Part shown: positions 1 through 9,787 of the stretch, in pieces
How the letters are laid out: every line of letters starts with the position of its first letter
How positions within the stretch are numbered: position 1 is the first letter of the stretch
From: Nanobdellota archaeon
Lineage (GTDB): Archaea > Nanobdellota > Nanobdellia > Woesearchaeales > UBA9642
Assembly: GCA_021813435.1 (NCBI GenBank)
Contig: JAKAKR010000004.1
Location: 120,972-184,971, forward strand
Direction: 5' to 3'
Length of the DNA: 64,000 nucleotides
The notes under the pieces: generated by a model
Databases searched by the model: none
The model's input: the letters and a program-made list of their open reading frames with translations, nothing else
Told to the model about the DNA's origin: nothing
Position numbers and translations under genes: made by a program

Positions 1-194
1 TCGTCAAGCGGGGTGTGCGTAATCTCCGTAAAAAGCGTGTTACAGGCCACAAGACTATCGGCGGCGTCAGCAGCATTATAGTCAAACCCTTTTCTTGTGG
101 TATGCATTGTTTATAAACCTCTTATCTATATTACATGTATTCTATCGCCAAAACGGTCTTATTACCGCAGTGCTTTCTTCATCATGGTGATACC

Positions 195-389
195 ATGAAT
201 AAAAAAATCGTACTGACCATTTTGATTTTGGCATTGCTTGTCTTTGCCATCGGAACAACCATCGAAGTTCTTGCGGGAAGAAACGCCGAAAAAGGTACAT
301 TCAGCGTTCTGCCGTCAGTGAGCGCAGATTATCCTCCAAACGATCCCTGTAATCTTAATAACCCAAATAGGCCACTGGATTGTCAGTAA
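195..389 (+). CDS. small secreted or membrane-anchored hypothetical protein
   Basis: ORF track 135..389; likely true start at internal Met (MNKKIVLTILILALLVFAIG hydrophobic N-terminus, signal/anchor-like); no recognisable family. Confidence 0.4.
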   Translation: MNKKIVLTILILALLVFAIGTTIEVLAGRNAEKGTFSVLPSVSADYPPNDPCNLNNPNRPLDCQ

Positions 390-412
390 ACGGCAATGAT
401 ATCTGTGCTGTT

Positions 413-2923
413 TTAGTCATTTTTTGTATTTTTTTTATATTTCTCAAGCATTTTCAATGCGAAATAATTGCTGCAATACCAACTGGTATTTGAAACATCG
501 TTTATAAAAATATACGCATGAGGCATTAACCCAGGATAATTGCCGTCAGTGTTGAGCCGTTGTATCGCGGATATAACAACTGAGTCATAAATCTTGTTCG
601 GAATATTAATACCTTGCGACTTCGCTTCATTAAGATTGTCAAGCAGTACCAATAGCGCAAGATTATTTTCGCGGATAGAAGATCCATCGTTATGCGTGGT
701 TACGAATGCTGATTTTTCTGGATTATCTGCGTTTTTTCGTATTCCAATTTCTTCAGGAATCTGTTGCGTATAGGTAAACACGTTAAGCGAGAAATCAATC
801 ATTCTTTTTGCAACGGTCTTTAACCGTGTATCAGTCTTTGCATACATGAGTACGGCAGAAGTCATCAACGTATGCGTAAACATATTAGTAGAATATAATG
901 AGAGCGTATCTTGAAGGCCGCGATTAAATTTTGGCGAGGAATTTGCGTTGTAGTATGCGGTGTGTTCAAATGAGCTATCACTATACACCCAATCTCTTGT
1001 TCCACCATCGGCAAAAAGTGCATTTTTCTCAAAGAATTTAAAGTGGTTTTGCATGCGGATCGTATCAAACTGTGGCTGTAAGAGGAGTGATTCAACAACA
1101 AAACTCGAATAGGGTTGGAAGATATGTCCTACAAATGATTTTGTTGCGCCGGTAATTCTATTTGTAGTATTTGAAAAACAATAAAATCCCTGCAACGATG
1201 TACCGGTGTATTCGTTTGCAAGCGCAGCGACTAACTTCGGAATGATCTGCACCAACCGCGTGTACTGTATCGTATTGATGTGAGAGGATAAATTGCTCTT
1301 CTCAATAACCTGATGCGCATAGATTATTCTAAATGGATTTGCGCGGGTAGTATCAGAAGACGAAGTGTTAAGCAAAAGGATATCTGCATCGATTCGCGAT
1401 AGGAGAGAAGAATCGCCTGTTAATTTTAACAGTTGAGTGTGATATGCGATTGCATATGCATCCATCGCGTAAGTATTTCCCGTTGTTGATAAGCTGAAAC
1501 TATTTTTTCCTCCCGTGGTGACACTCTGGATGAATGCGTTCTGCGGATATGCAGTCACAAAATGCACTTTCTCGCGGGCAAGGCGATAAAGGAGCGTTGA
1601 TACGTCTTTTGCATCAATGGTTTTTTGCTGTTCATACTTTGTGATGATCGCGTTTTTGGTGTAGGCTGCACTATTGAGATAGGTGACCTGGTTATATGCA
1701 AGTAGTCCTGCGGCAAAAAGTCCGATGACTGCGGCAGCATATTTTGAACTGTTCACCAGGCGCTGAAATTTTTCATCTGCAAAATACGCGCGTTCTAACT
1801 GTTTGAATCGCGGTCTTGCTTTAGGGTCAGGCGCAATGGTTTTTGCCAGCGTTGCAGACAGGAATGGATAACGCCAGTGCTTCGGGAAAATTCCTGCAGG
1901 ATGATTTTTAAAAAATAAGTCCTGCGCAATCATGATCGCCCACACATCATCGAAGTATACGCGAAGATCGCGGTATGTTGGAAGATAGGGGTGGCCATGC
2001 TGCGCGGCCGCAACCGTCACCCCAAAGGAGAACACATCGCTTGCGCTCTGCGGTTTTTGCCAGTGGTCAGGTTTATCCTGAAATGCCGAAACCCGCGCGT
2101 GGATGTCATCGATCATATGCATCAACATGCCTTTCGGGAGCGCAAGTCGCTCTTCAAGGGTTTTTTGTTGCGGCAACCCAATAATCGGCTTTTCCGGCGA
2201 GTACATTGCCGCATATAATTGCAATTCTTCAGGCGCCATATACGCAAGCGTCCCAAAAAGTCGATGCGTTATATCTCTTGGAGGAGCGGTTGCAGTATAG
2301 CTTGCTCCGCGATCAAGTACGAACGGATACTGCAGAGAGTATTCTTCAGCCCGCCGGAGGACAAGGAGGATATTTGCAGGTTTGATGTCGTTGATGATGC
2401 ATCCTGCGTGCGCATATGCCTGTTGATAGCGATGCGCCATCTCACCTGAAAATCTGAGCAGTTCTTCAGCAGCGAACTGTTTTTTCTTGAGAAGCGCGTC
2501 CAGTGTTTGTATCCTGCCGCGAAAATCTTCCTGCGTATCGACTGCACGATTGGGGATTGCAGGTATCTCCATGCTGAAGAATGATGCGAGCGTATTTTCG
2601 ATATACAATCGATCGATGATTGCAGGAAAGATGCGCATGTTGTCCCGCGTCATGATCGGGTCAAGCTCTTTTGAACGCTCGATTTCCCAGCGTATACTGT
2701 CCCGGGTATCTGCAGTGTGAATAATAGTTGAAGTCATGACCGTATCATCAAGACGCGTTCCATAATCTTCAAGATCATGATCTAATGCTGAGCCTTTGAG
2801 AATTTCCAGACGATCAACAGGATTATTCTTGACAAGAGAAACGACTGCGCCCAACTGTTCCATGAATGTGTATTGCGGAGAAATTCCCCTCATATATTCG
2901 CCACCAGAAGCGTACTTAGACAA
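413..2923 (-). CDS. membrane-spanning eukaryotic-like Ser/Thr protein kinase with large C-terminal extracytoplasmic domain
   Basis: Hanks motifs seen in translation: DIKPANILL (catalytic loop), GTLAYMAPE (activation segment), DVFSFGV (subdomain IX); one predicted TM helix (AAAVIGLFAAGLLAY) followed by ~420-aa domain of unknown fold. Confidence 0.65.
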   Translation of the reverse strand: MSKYASGGEYMRGISPQYTFMEQLGAVVSLVKNNPVDRLEILKGSALDHDLEDYGTRLDDTVMTSTIIHTADTRDSIRWEIERSKELDPIMTRDNMRIFPAIIDRLYIENTLASFFSMEIPAIPNRAVDTQEDFRGRIQTLDALLKKKQFAAEELLRFSGEMAHRYQQAYAHAGCIINDIKPANILLVLRRAEEYSLQYPFVLDRGASYTATAPPRDITHRLFGTLAYMAPEELQLYAAMYSPEKPIIGLPQQKTLEERLALPKGMLMHMIDDIHARVSAFQDKPDHWQKPQSASDVFSFGVTVAAAQHGHPYLPTYRDLRVYFDDVWAIMIAQDLFFKNHPAGIFPKHWRYPFLSATLAKTIAPDPKARPRFKQLERAYFADEKFQRLVNSSKYAAAVIGLFAAGLLAYNQVTYLNSAAYTKNAIITKYEQQKTIDAKDVSTLLYRLAREKVHFVTAYPQNAFIQSVTTGGKNSFSLSTTGNTYAMDAYAIAYHTQLLKLTGDSSLLSRIDADILLLNTSSSDTTRANPFRIIYAHQVIEKSNLSSHINTIQYTRLVQIIPKLVAALANEYTGTSLQGFYCFSNTTNRITGATKSFVGHIFQPYSSFVVESLLLQPQFDTIRMQNHFKFFEKNALFADGGTRDWVYSDSSFEHTAYYNANSSPKFNRGLQDTLSLYSTNMFTHTLMTSAVLMYAKTDTRLKTVAKRMIDFSLNVFTYTQQIPEEIGIRKNADNPEKSAFVTTHNDGSSIRENNLALLVLLDNLNEAKSQGINIPNKIYDSVVISAIQRLNTDGNYPGLMPHAYIFINDVSNTSWYCSNYFALKMLEKYKKNTKND

Positions 2924-3795
2924 TCCATCAATTTTTTCGTGATGGCAAAATATTCGCGTGTAAGGATTGGATTATCCAAATCAATGGTTTTCCAGTCCGG
3001 ACCGGAATCGATGATTTCCTGCACTTTTGCAATCTCGAATTTCTTGAACAGATTGAAAAACATGATGAGCAGATCACTGATGCTGCGGAATGCCGCGACC
3101 TTTCGCTTGTCAATCGCAAGTTTTTGCGCTGACACGGTTTTGAATACCCGCTTGTACGAGTCTCCAATATTTTCGAGTGAATCCACAAAAACATAGAGTG
3201 AGGTGCTGGTGCCGTCTTTGGGGTTGATGTTGATGATCCGGCGGCAAATGTCGGCAAGATCATTGATGCGTTTGTCGCGCTGCACGAGTCCTGCAATCTT
3301 TTCCCATTCCTTTTTCTGCCAGAGTTGCACAAAATCATCGTTGAGACAGTAGATCTCTTTCATGAGCGCAATGATCTGCTCACTCAATTTCGATTCAGAA
3401 ACAGTTCCTGGAACAACGAGTGTTATTTTTGCAGGGAATTCCTGCCTTTCAAAAAAGATATGTTCAGTCTTTTCATAGAGATCGAGCTTTTTTTCAGAGA
3501 TGATGCGCTGGATTTCATCATATTGGGTCTGATTCTCACACTCGAGGATAATCAGTTCATATCCTTTCTTATAGCATCCGCCGATGATCTTATCAATCAT
3601 TGCAGGATTGATTCCGCGCAGGTTGAGATAGCATTCCTGTAATTTGATCTGACTATTTGCTTTGATGATGAGCGAATCGCCGTATTCGACTACAGAAATC
3701 TTGTCTCCTTTTCTGAGACCGTATTTTGTGATCCAATTCTTCGGGAGCGTCACACACCAACTTGCATTTCCAAACATGACAATACTCCGCTCCAT
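2890..3795 (-). CDS. AbrB/SpoVT-type swapped-hairpin domain fused to PhoU-like domain (archaeal phosphate-uptake-regulator-like)
   Basis: ORF 2890..3915; probable start at MERSIVMFGNASWCVTLPKNWITKYGLRKGDKISV (AbrB-like N-terminal barrel); helical C-terminal region typical of PhoU-like archaeal regulators. Confidence 0.5.
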   Translation of the reverse strand: MERSIVMFGNASWCVTLPKNWITKYGLRKGDKISVVEYGDSLIIKANSQIKLQECYLNLRGINPAMIDKIIGGCYKKGYELIILECENQTQYDEIQRIISEKKLDLYEKTEHIFFERQEFPAKITLVVPGTVSESKLSEQIIALMKEIYCLNDDFVQLWQKKEWEKIAGLVQRDKRINDLADICRRIININPKDGTSTSLYVFVDSLENIGDSYKRVFKTVSAQKLAIDKRKVAAFRSISDLLIMFFNLFKKFEIAKVQEIIDSGPDWKTIDLDNPILTREYFAITKKLMDCLSTLLVANI

Positions 3796-4043
3796 AGTAC
3801 CCCTCTCGCGTAGGTATTTATATAGTTTTCTACAAGTGTTTTCCCTGCGAGAATCTTTGCGTATACCATTGGAATACATATCCTTTTGTAAATCGGTTGG
3901 TCTGAAGAAATGCATCCATACTGATTGATGCTGGCATTAAGCAGTCTGGTTCCAATCCCCTAAGGCGCTTTTAGACGATTAACTTTTTAAATCATACCCT
4001 GTTCTGCGCATTGTTGCTTGGGGTTTACTGTCGATAATACTAT

Positions 4044-4115
4044 GCGGGTATAGCCAAGCGGTAAGGCAGCCGCCTGCAGAGCGGCCATTCCAGGGTTCAA
4101 ATCCCTGTACCCGCT
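4044..4115 (+). tRNA. tRNA-Cys: tRNA-Cys (anticodon GCA), CCA not encoded
   Basis: Cloverleaf read directly: acceptor GCGGGTA/TACCCGC, D arm GCC-AAGCGGTAA-GGC, anticodon stem GCCGC/GCGGC with loop CTGCAGA (GCA at 4076-4078), variable CATTC, T arm CAGGG-TTCAAAT-CCCTG, discriminator T. Confidence 0.9.
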
Positions 4116-4116
4116 T

Positions 4117-4350
4117 ATGACTCTTATTATTCCGGGGAGATACCGGCATTTCAAGGGCAAAGAATATGAAGTTCTCGGTGTAGGACGTCATTCTGAAACA
4201 CTCGAGGAATTTGTCATCTACCGTGCGTTATATGAATCTGCGGAATTCGGAAAGCATGCATTATGGGTCCGCCCGCTCAAGATGTTTACGCAGCACGTTG
4301 AGAAAGAAGGATACTCAGGACCAAGATTTTTCCTAATCAGCAAAGATTGA
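4117..4350 (+). CDS. DUF1653-family small protein
   Basis: YRHFKGKEYEVLGV...VIYRALY...LWVRPLKMF matches DUF1653 consensus; starts 2 nt after tRNA-Cys. Confidence 0.75.
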   Translation: MTLIIPGRYRHFKGKEYEVLGVGRHSETLEEFVIYRALYESAEFGKHALWVRPLKMFTQHVEKEGYSGPRFFLISKD

Positions 4351-5108
4351 CTCTCATTGACGATGCGATACTATTCGAGTGAGGATTTCCAGCCCATGCC
4401 GTCAATAAATCCGATTGTTTTCATCGATCAGTTCTGGAACTGCCGTTATAACAATGTCTTGGAATTATAGTTGCGGACATAACTACGCTATGATTTAGCG
4501 TCTTCTCGCTCTCATCGAAGTGTAAGCGGAGTATTGTCATCTCCGAAGGAGCCAACCCTCTGACAATGTTCTAAAATTGTCGGATATTCGCTCGCCTTAG
4601 GACGCTAAATGATAAGAAACTTTTGTCTACAACTATTACTTGCCTGTATCCTTTGCGTATTGATCTGTAAATTTTGTTGAAGAAAATTTTTCCCTGTATA
4701 CCACCAATAGTTGAATCTGCTTGATGGCGCATCGATCATGACTCTTTTGGCTTCAAAAAGTGCAGCAGATGTGCCTTTTTCAGTTTTAATTTGTATTAAG
4801 TAATCCCCTTGGTTATCGTAAGAACTTTTTTGAACGCCGGTGTATACTGCAAGTATAGTGACTGTTGCGAGTTTTCCCCAATGTTTTTTAAGAAGTGTAG
4901 AGAGACTCAGTTATATCCACTTAGAAGTGGTATTCTATTTATACATTTTATTTCAATTATTGTTTTAATCGTAGTTTCTTCTTACAATCGATAGCTTTAA
5001 ATATAACTTAATCTGATAATCAGAATTTTATTCAGTAATGAATAAGTTGATTCAAATTATCAAATAAAGAAATCTTATATCAGCAGTTTTTACTGATTTT
5101 CAGATAAA

Positions 5109-5399
5109 ATGAAGAAATTTGCTCGGCTTGTACAATGCGACTCGCGTGGGCAGATTGTTATACCAAAAGAGGTCAGACAGGAGCTAGGTATTGAAGAGGG
5201 GGCGGGGTTTTACCTTTATGTTATTGAAAATGAAGGGATACTTCTCAAGACAATACCATCTAAAGAGTTCTCAGAGCACACTCATATGATCAAGGAGATA
5301 GAAGTCAATGCAGAGAAAATATCTGTCTCGAAAAAGAATCTTGACGCAAGTGTCCAGAATTACAAGAAAAAAGAGCGAGGTAACCTCCAAAGAATCTAG
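5109..5399 (+). CDS. AbrB/MazE/SpoVT-family DNA-binding protein
   Basis: N-terminus VQCDSRGQIVIPKEVRQELGIEEG = swapped-hairpin motif (SRGxIxIPKEIR). Confidence 0.65.
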   Translation: MKKFARLVQCDSRGQIVIPKEVRQELGIEEGAGFYLYVIENEGILLKTIPSKEFSEHTHMIKEIEVNAEKISVSKKNLDASVQNYKKKERGNLQRI

Positions 5400-5504
5400 A
5401 CTTCACGATCAGTGTGGTGGCGTGTACCGGATGGGAACTTATTCTTTTTAAAACCCCCAACAACTTAAAAAGAACCATTCGGTAACCCCCACTGATATTT
5501 TTTT

Positions 5505-6113
5505 CTATTCTGCAATATCTGCAAGTTCTTCGATAAGTTCAAGATGTTTTATCCGAAGTGTCGGTTCACCGCAATAACTCCTGTTTCCTACTCTGAATAA
5601 TTGGGGTTGCGCATGGAATAGCAATTGCAGCGGTGTTTGGGGTCCATTGATATACTGGCTGTCTATGAATGCTTCGTGATCCGCATGCCTGTCATATGTC
5701 CCGGTGATAATGATTCCAGGAATGCTGTCGCGCAGGTGGTCATAGATGTTGAATCGTGTGTGATCGATATGTTTTCCATGGATATGGGTGATGTCCTCTA
5801 TAGTCACATGGTCGATAATCCCTAAAGTTCTGCTGTTGTTAAACATGCCTCGCACACTTTGCTGTCGGGTATGCGCGAGATACTCTCCAAAATCCTCCAT
5901 TGTACCGCCGGTGTATATCGTTGCGCGTAGGGCATCAAGTCCTGTCATGAACCGGGGTAGTCGGTGAGGTATACTGATTTTATCGTATACTTCTTTTATC
6001 TCTGCAATATTTTGAAACAGCAGCACGTGGTCATAAGGATAATATCGCTGTGCCATAACCATAAGAATATCGCCGGGACGTTGTGCATAATACTCTGCAG
6101 TGATGTTTTCCAT
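5505..6113 (-). CDS. hypothetical protein, possibly metallophosphoesterase-like
   Basis: His/Asp-rich stretches (ITHIHGKHIDH, GTYDRHADHE) reminiscent of calcineurin-like phosphoesterase motifs but motif order not canonical. Confidence 0.3.
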   Translation of the reverse strand: MENITAEYYAQRPGDILMVMAQRYYPYDHVLLFQNIAEIKEVYDKISIPHRLPRFMTGLDALRATIYTGGTMEDFGEYLAHTRQQSVRGMFNNSRTLGIIDHVTIEDITHIHGKHIDHTRFNIYDHLRDSIPGIIITGTYDRHADHEAFIDSQYINGPQTPLQLLFHAQPQLFRVGNRSYCGEPTLRIKHLELIEELADIAE

Positions 6114-6248
6114 GGCGTCTGATTTCTTGCAGTCTTTAAAAATATTTTTATTACTGTAATCCTGAAGTGATTACACTTCAATGTTCTGCTATTGCTGTCC
6201 GATTCTCAAAACCAATACACATATATACGAATCATTATTTCTTTGATC

Positions 6249-7028
6249 ATGATCCAGCGCGTCCTTATTGGAAAGGCAAAGACAGTGCAGCTTGATGACA
6301 AGCGCAAGCCAACAGTTCTTGCAGGCGAAGTGACGTATTTTGTTGAGGATATTTCGAAAGATTATCATTGCAGCGATGGCGTCTTTAGAAAAGAGGACCT
6401 CTTGCAAACCAGCGGGGTCATCACGACTAATAAGGGCAGGGACTTTCAGATCTTTGCTGCAGGTTTTATTGATTCGTATAAAGGCATCAAGAAATATGCG
6501 CAGACAATCCCGTTGAAAGATTTAGGATTCATCCTTGCAGAAACCGGGATCAACAGCGATTCAATCGTCGTCGATGCAGGTGCCGGCAGTGGCGCGAGCG
6601 CGATCTTTTTTGCGCGATACGCTAAGCATGTCTACACGTACGATATTAATGATAATAGCCTGGAGCAGACCAAAACAAACATTGCATATTATGCTATCAA
6701 AAACATCACGCTTGAAAAAGCCGATATTTATGATCATATTCCCGTCAAAGATGTGGATATGATGCTCATTGATGTCCCAGAACCCCGGAGAGCGATTGAG
6801 TCCATCAATAATTCACTCAAAGTCGGAGGATTTCTTGTAATCTATTGCCCACAGATCACACAGGCGCATGAATTTGTCAACGCCTTAGCGCAGAGAGGAA
6901 ATTATCTCCACCTTAAGACAGTGGAGATGGTCGAGCGAGGCTGGAAGATTGAAGGCAATATTGTCAGGCCAAAATCACTCTCGAATATTCATTCTGCATT
7001 CTTGACTATTGTACGGAAGATTAATTAA
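6249..7028 (+). CDS. trmI: tRNA (adenine-N1)-methyltransferase TrmI/Gcd14 family
   Basis: SAM-binding motif IVVDAGAGSGASAIFFA, overall TrmI-like layout; start moved to Met of MIQRVLIGKAK. Confidence 0.75.
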   Translation: MIQRVLIGKAKTVQLDDKRKPTVLAGEVTYFVEDISKDYHCSDGVFRKEDLLQTSGVITTNKGRDFQIFAAGFIDSYKGIKKYAQTIPLKDLGFILAETGINSDSIVVDAGAGSGASAIFFARYAKHVYTYDINDNSLEQTKTNIAYYAIKNITLEKADIYDHIPVKDVDMMLIDVPEPRRAIESINNSLKVGGFLVIYCPQITQAHEFVNALAQRGNYLHLKTVEMVERGWKIEGNIVRPKSLSNIHSAFLTIVRKIN

Positions 7029-7053
7029 ACAATAACTCAAAAAATAATTTTTC

Positions 7054-7539
7054 TTATTTAGTATTAACTGAGTCGATTATATTCGAGATGTCGCTAGTCA
7101 CACGAGTGATCTGTATTTCTAATGAGCGAAGTATTGGGTTATATTTTTCTTTTAATGGCGAAAGATACTGTGCAACACCATCAGGATCGTATTGACTTAT
7201 TCCTGTCCCTGTAGCGCCGTTAGATATCCATTCTCTTCGCCAATTTCTTTCTTTGAGTAAGTATTCTTCGCGCACTTTTTTATATTCTTGTTCTAGACTA
7301 TCTTTTTGATTGTTTAGTCGCATGTAATGTGGGATATGCTGCAACTGTTTTTGATTGTGTTGTTCTTCTAGCAGGAGCTGTGTATTGTATTTATTTTTCC
7401 ATTGAGTCAATTCTGTTTCTAGTTTTGCATTGTTGTAATATTGTAGTCCAATCGTCAATGCCTCTGCTGCCATGATTCCGCCAATGATTATTGCTTTTCC
7501 GTATGTCTTGATTTTATCAGTTATGTTTTGTGCATTCAT
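7054..7539 (-). CDS. hypothetical N-terminally anchored coiled-coil protein
   Basis: N-terminal hydrophobic helix (AIIIGGIMAAEALTIGL) then Q/E/K-rich coiled-coil-like sequence. Confidence 0.4.
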   Translation of the reverse strand: MNAQNITDKIKTYGKAIIIGGIMAAEALTIGLQYYNNAKLETELTQWKNKYNTQLLLEEQHNQKQLQHIPHYMRLNNQKDSLEQEYKKVREEYLLKERNWRREWISNGATGTGISQYDPDGVAQYLSPLKEKYNPILRSLEIQITRVTSDISNIIDSVNTK

Positions 7540-7596
7540 TTGAACACCTCTTTTTTATTTCTACTCTGTAGTGGCATATTAAATATATAAATATTA

Positions 7597-7639
7597 TTTC
7601 CCTAACGGGGGGAATGGCATATTTCCCTTTAGGGGGTTA
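7597..7639 (+). promoter_or_regulatory. two adjacent operator-like sites TTTCCCT-N3-GGGG upstream of TrmB paralog 1, followed by TATA-like TTTTTATACT (7651-7660)
   Basis: TTTCCCTAACGGGGGGAA (7597-7614) and TTTCCCTTTAGGGGGTT (7623-7639), each an imperfect palindrome CCCT-N-AGGG. Confidence 0.5.
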
Positions 7640-7680
7640 AAATAGAAATATTTTTATACTCGTCGGTATGTTGAGTGTTT

Positions 7681-8436
7681 ATGGACATCGAACCACTCCG
7701 CGAATTAGGGCTTACTGAGGGCGAAATCAAGGTCTATACTGCACTCGTCTCTCTGGGAGAAACAACGACTGGGCCAATCGCCGCTGAATCAGAGGTTACT
7801 GTCTCAAAAGTGTACGATATCCTTAATCGCCTTGCAAAAAAAGGACTGGTATCACACATCATCAAGAACCAGACAAAATATTTCAAGGCCTCTGACCCGC
7901 AGCGCTTACTGGTCTATCTTAAAGAGAAGCAGGATGCACTGCAAGAACAGGAATCAAAGCTTAAGACAATCATTCCTGAACTTGAAATCCAGCAGCAGCT
8001 TCGAATCTCTGAAGAGACTGCCCAGGTCTATGACGGACTCAAAGGGGTGCAGACTGCACGTGAGCGAAGCCTGCGTATACTCAAAAGCGGGGATGAGATG
8101 TGGATTATTGGGATTGCAAAGACCCCGTATGACCGGCTGACTGCATATTTCAAGGAATTTCATACGCGCAGATCAAAACAGGGCATCACATGCAATTATC
8201 TTTACAATGAATATGCGCGCAAACCATTCGGGGAGTCATCTGCGCAATTCCCGCACAGCGAGGTAAGATACATGCCTGAAGGCATCATCACCCATGCGTG
8301 GATGGAGATCTATGGAGATACTGTAACTATCGGAATCAACAAGGGAAAATCATTCTCAGTTGTCATTCAAAACCAAGATGTTGCAAATTCATTTAAAATT
8401 TATGCACAATTATTATGGGGAATGGCAAAGAAATAA
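7681..8436 (+). CDS. TrmB-family transcriptional regulator (paralog 1)
   Basis: N-terminal wHTH LGLTEGEIKVYTALVSLGETTTGPIAAESEVTVSKVYDILNRLAKKGLV typical of TrmB; ORF track start 7675 is GTG, ATG at 7681. Confidence 0.8.
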   Translation: MDIEPLRELGLTEGEIKVYTALVSLGETTTGPIAAESEVTVSKVYDILNRLAKKGLVSHIIKNQTKYFKASDPQRLLVYLKEKQDALQEQESKLKTIIPELEIQQQLRISEETAQVYDGLKGVQTARERSLRILKSGDEMWIIGIAKTPYDRLTAYFKEFHTRRSKQGITCNYLYNEYARKPFGESSAQFPHSEVRYMPEGIITHAWMEIYGDTVTIGINKGKSFSVVIQNQDVANSFKIYAQLLWGMAKK

Positions 8437-8441
8437 CCATA

Positions 8442-9011
8442 TCAATTGTGACTGTTCGCTATTTTTCTACAGTTTTCTCCAAGAAATATTTTTAATAACG
8501 GATTATCTGCGATTTGTTTTGGATTTGCTTTATTGTCGAATTCTATTGTTTTTGCTTTGATACTCTGTGCAATTTTATAGTCAAGAAAATTGTTTTCTTT
8601 TTTTAATTTGTTTACTAAATCCATAACTAATATTTTCTCAGTTATGCCATCATGATATTTTTCTAATTTGGAAATTATTTCACTGATCTTGTAGATAAAA
8701 CCAAGGATGACTTGTTTATATTCTTCAGAGTCGTTTATTGCTAAAGTGATCCAGAAGGTTCCTATCTCTTCAGTATGAAATTTGAATTGCATGTGCGGTT
8801 TAGAATGTTTTTCCTGTTTGCTGTGATGCTCTATTGCATAATTTCTATGAATTATTTTTTCTTCGTAATGTCTCGTCTCAATTCTCAATGAGTAATCTTC
8901 TTCAGTAACATCTAAGCTCGGTGTTTCTTTGACGCTAATACGTATATTATTATCTGAATCTTCAAAAAGCGTTGTATTAAAGTAAATTTTTGTGAAATGG
9001 AATGGTTTCAT
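8442..9011 (-). CDS. hypothetical protein (AT-rich island, partner of 9008..9664)
   Basis: 189-aa ORF, 4-nt overlap with upstream ORF (operon-like); no recognisable domain; very AT-rich coding sequence. Confidence 0.45.
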   Translation of the reverse strand: MKPFHFTKIYFNTTLFEDSDNNIRISVKETPSLDVTEEDYSLRIETRHYEEKIIHRNYAIEHHSKQEKHSKPHMQFKFHTEEIGTFWITLAINDSEEYKQVILGFIYKISEIISKLEKYHDGITEKILVMDLVNKLKKENNFLDYKIAQSIKAKTIEFDNKANPKQIADNPLLKIFLGENCRKIANSHN

Positions 9012-9664
9012 TTATGTAGTCCAATTAAATTACATGTTGATTCACTCATGTTTTTTTGCTGATCCATGGTTGGTTTTTCTTCTTCACTTAAGGCAAGAAC
9101 ATCTTCGATATCGTTACTAAATGAATCCATACTCAGATAATAGGTGGAGTATAATTTCTTCCAGTAAACAATATTGAAAAGATTGTTGTTTACCCATGAC
9201 TCAGTAATACCAAATTCCTTTTTTAACACTTGAAGAATGCATCTAAAATATATCTCGAGATATTTTTCGCTTATGTGTTTATGTTCGTGATCAACACCAA
9301 AAAATATTGAAGGGTTGTATCCTCTTTTTCCATAAAATATTTTTTTAATGCGAAGATCTATTGTAAATTTTTCCTTTTCACTTTTAATATCATTATATTC
9401 AAACTCTATGCCTAGATATCGACCGCTTGTTTGTATATTAATATTTTCTTCTAACTCTATGAATGCAGTTTTCCTCCGATATCTTATTAATCCGAAATTT
9501 TCAGTGGATGCGTTTTGTGTTCTTTGATTAAGCAACTTTTGTAAAACATCATCAAATGATTCGTTCCCTTTTTTAATATCGTTTAATTGTGTCCACGTTC
9601 GTGCATCGACTTTTATTGTTTTATTATGCTTTGGTAATTCGCTAGTTCCGCTTATTAATGCCAT
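9008..9664 (-). CDS. fusion protein with N-terminal archaeal VapB-like (COG1753/PF02697-type) antitoxin domain and unknown C-terminal domain
   Basis: N-terminus IKVDARTWTQLNDIKKGNESFDDVLQKLL matches the small archaeal putative-antitoxin family pattern (I-x-V-seetw..L..lK...eSFsdvi..LL); ~170 extra residues of unknown function. Confidence 0.5.
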   Translation of the reverse strand: MALISGTSELPKHNKTIKVDARTWTQLNDIKKGNESFDDVLQKLLNQRTQNASTENFGLIRYRRKTAFIELEENINIQTSGRYLGIEFEYNDIKSEKEKFTIDLRIKKIFYGKRGYNPSIFFGVDHEHKHISEKYLEIYFRCILQVLKKEFGITESWVNNNLFNIVYWKKLYSTYYLSMDSFSNDIEDVLALSEEEKPTMDQQKNMSESTCNLIGLHK

Positions 9665-9787
9665 TGTTCACCTGATATATTAAGTATACTTAGTAGAAAT
9701 GGTTTACTGATATATAAATATTGCGTTTTTATAATTTATTTTCTTCTGCTATGTTAGATGCAAAACATCACCGCAAGATTTATATAT

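Noticed and set aside
4620-4900. Minus-strand coding region between DUF1653 gene and AbrB gene
   Set aside because: The open frame has no start codon upstream of an in-frame TAA and is only ~90 codons. It is reported only as a possible gene remnant, not as a CDS.
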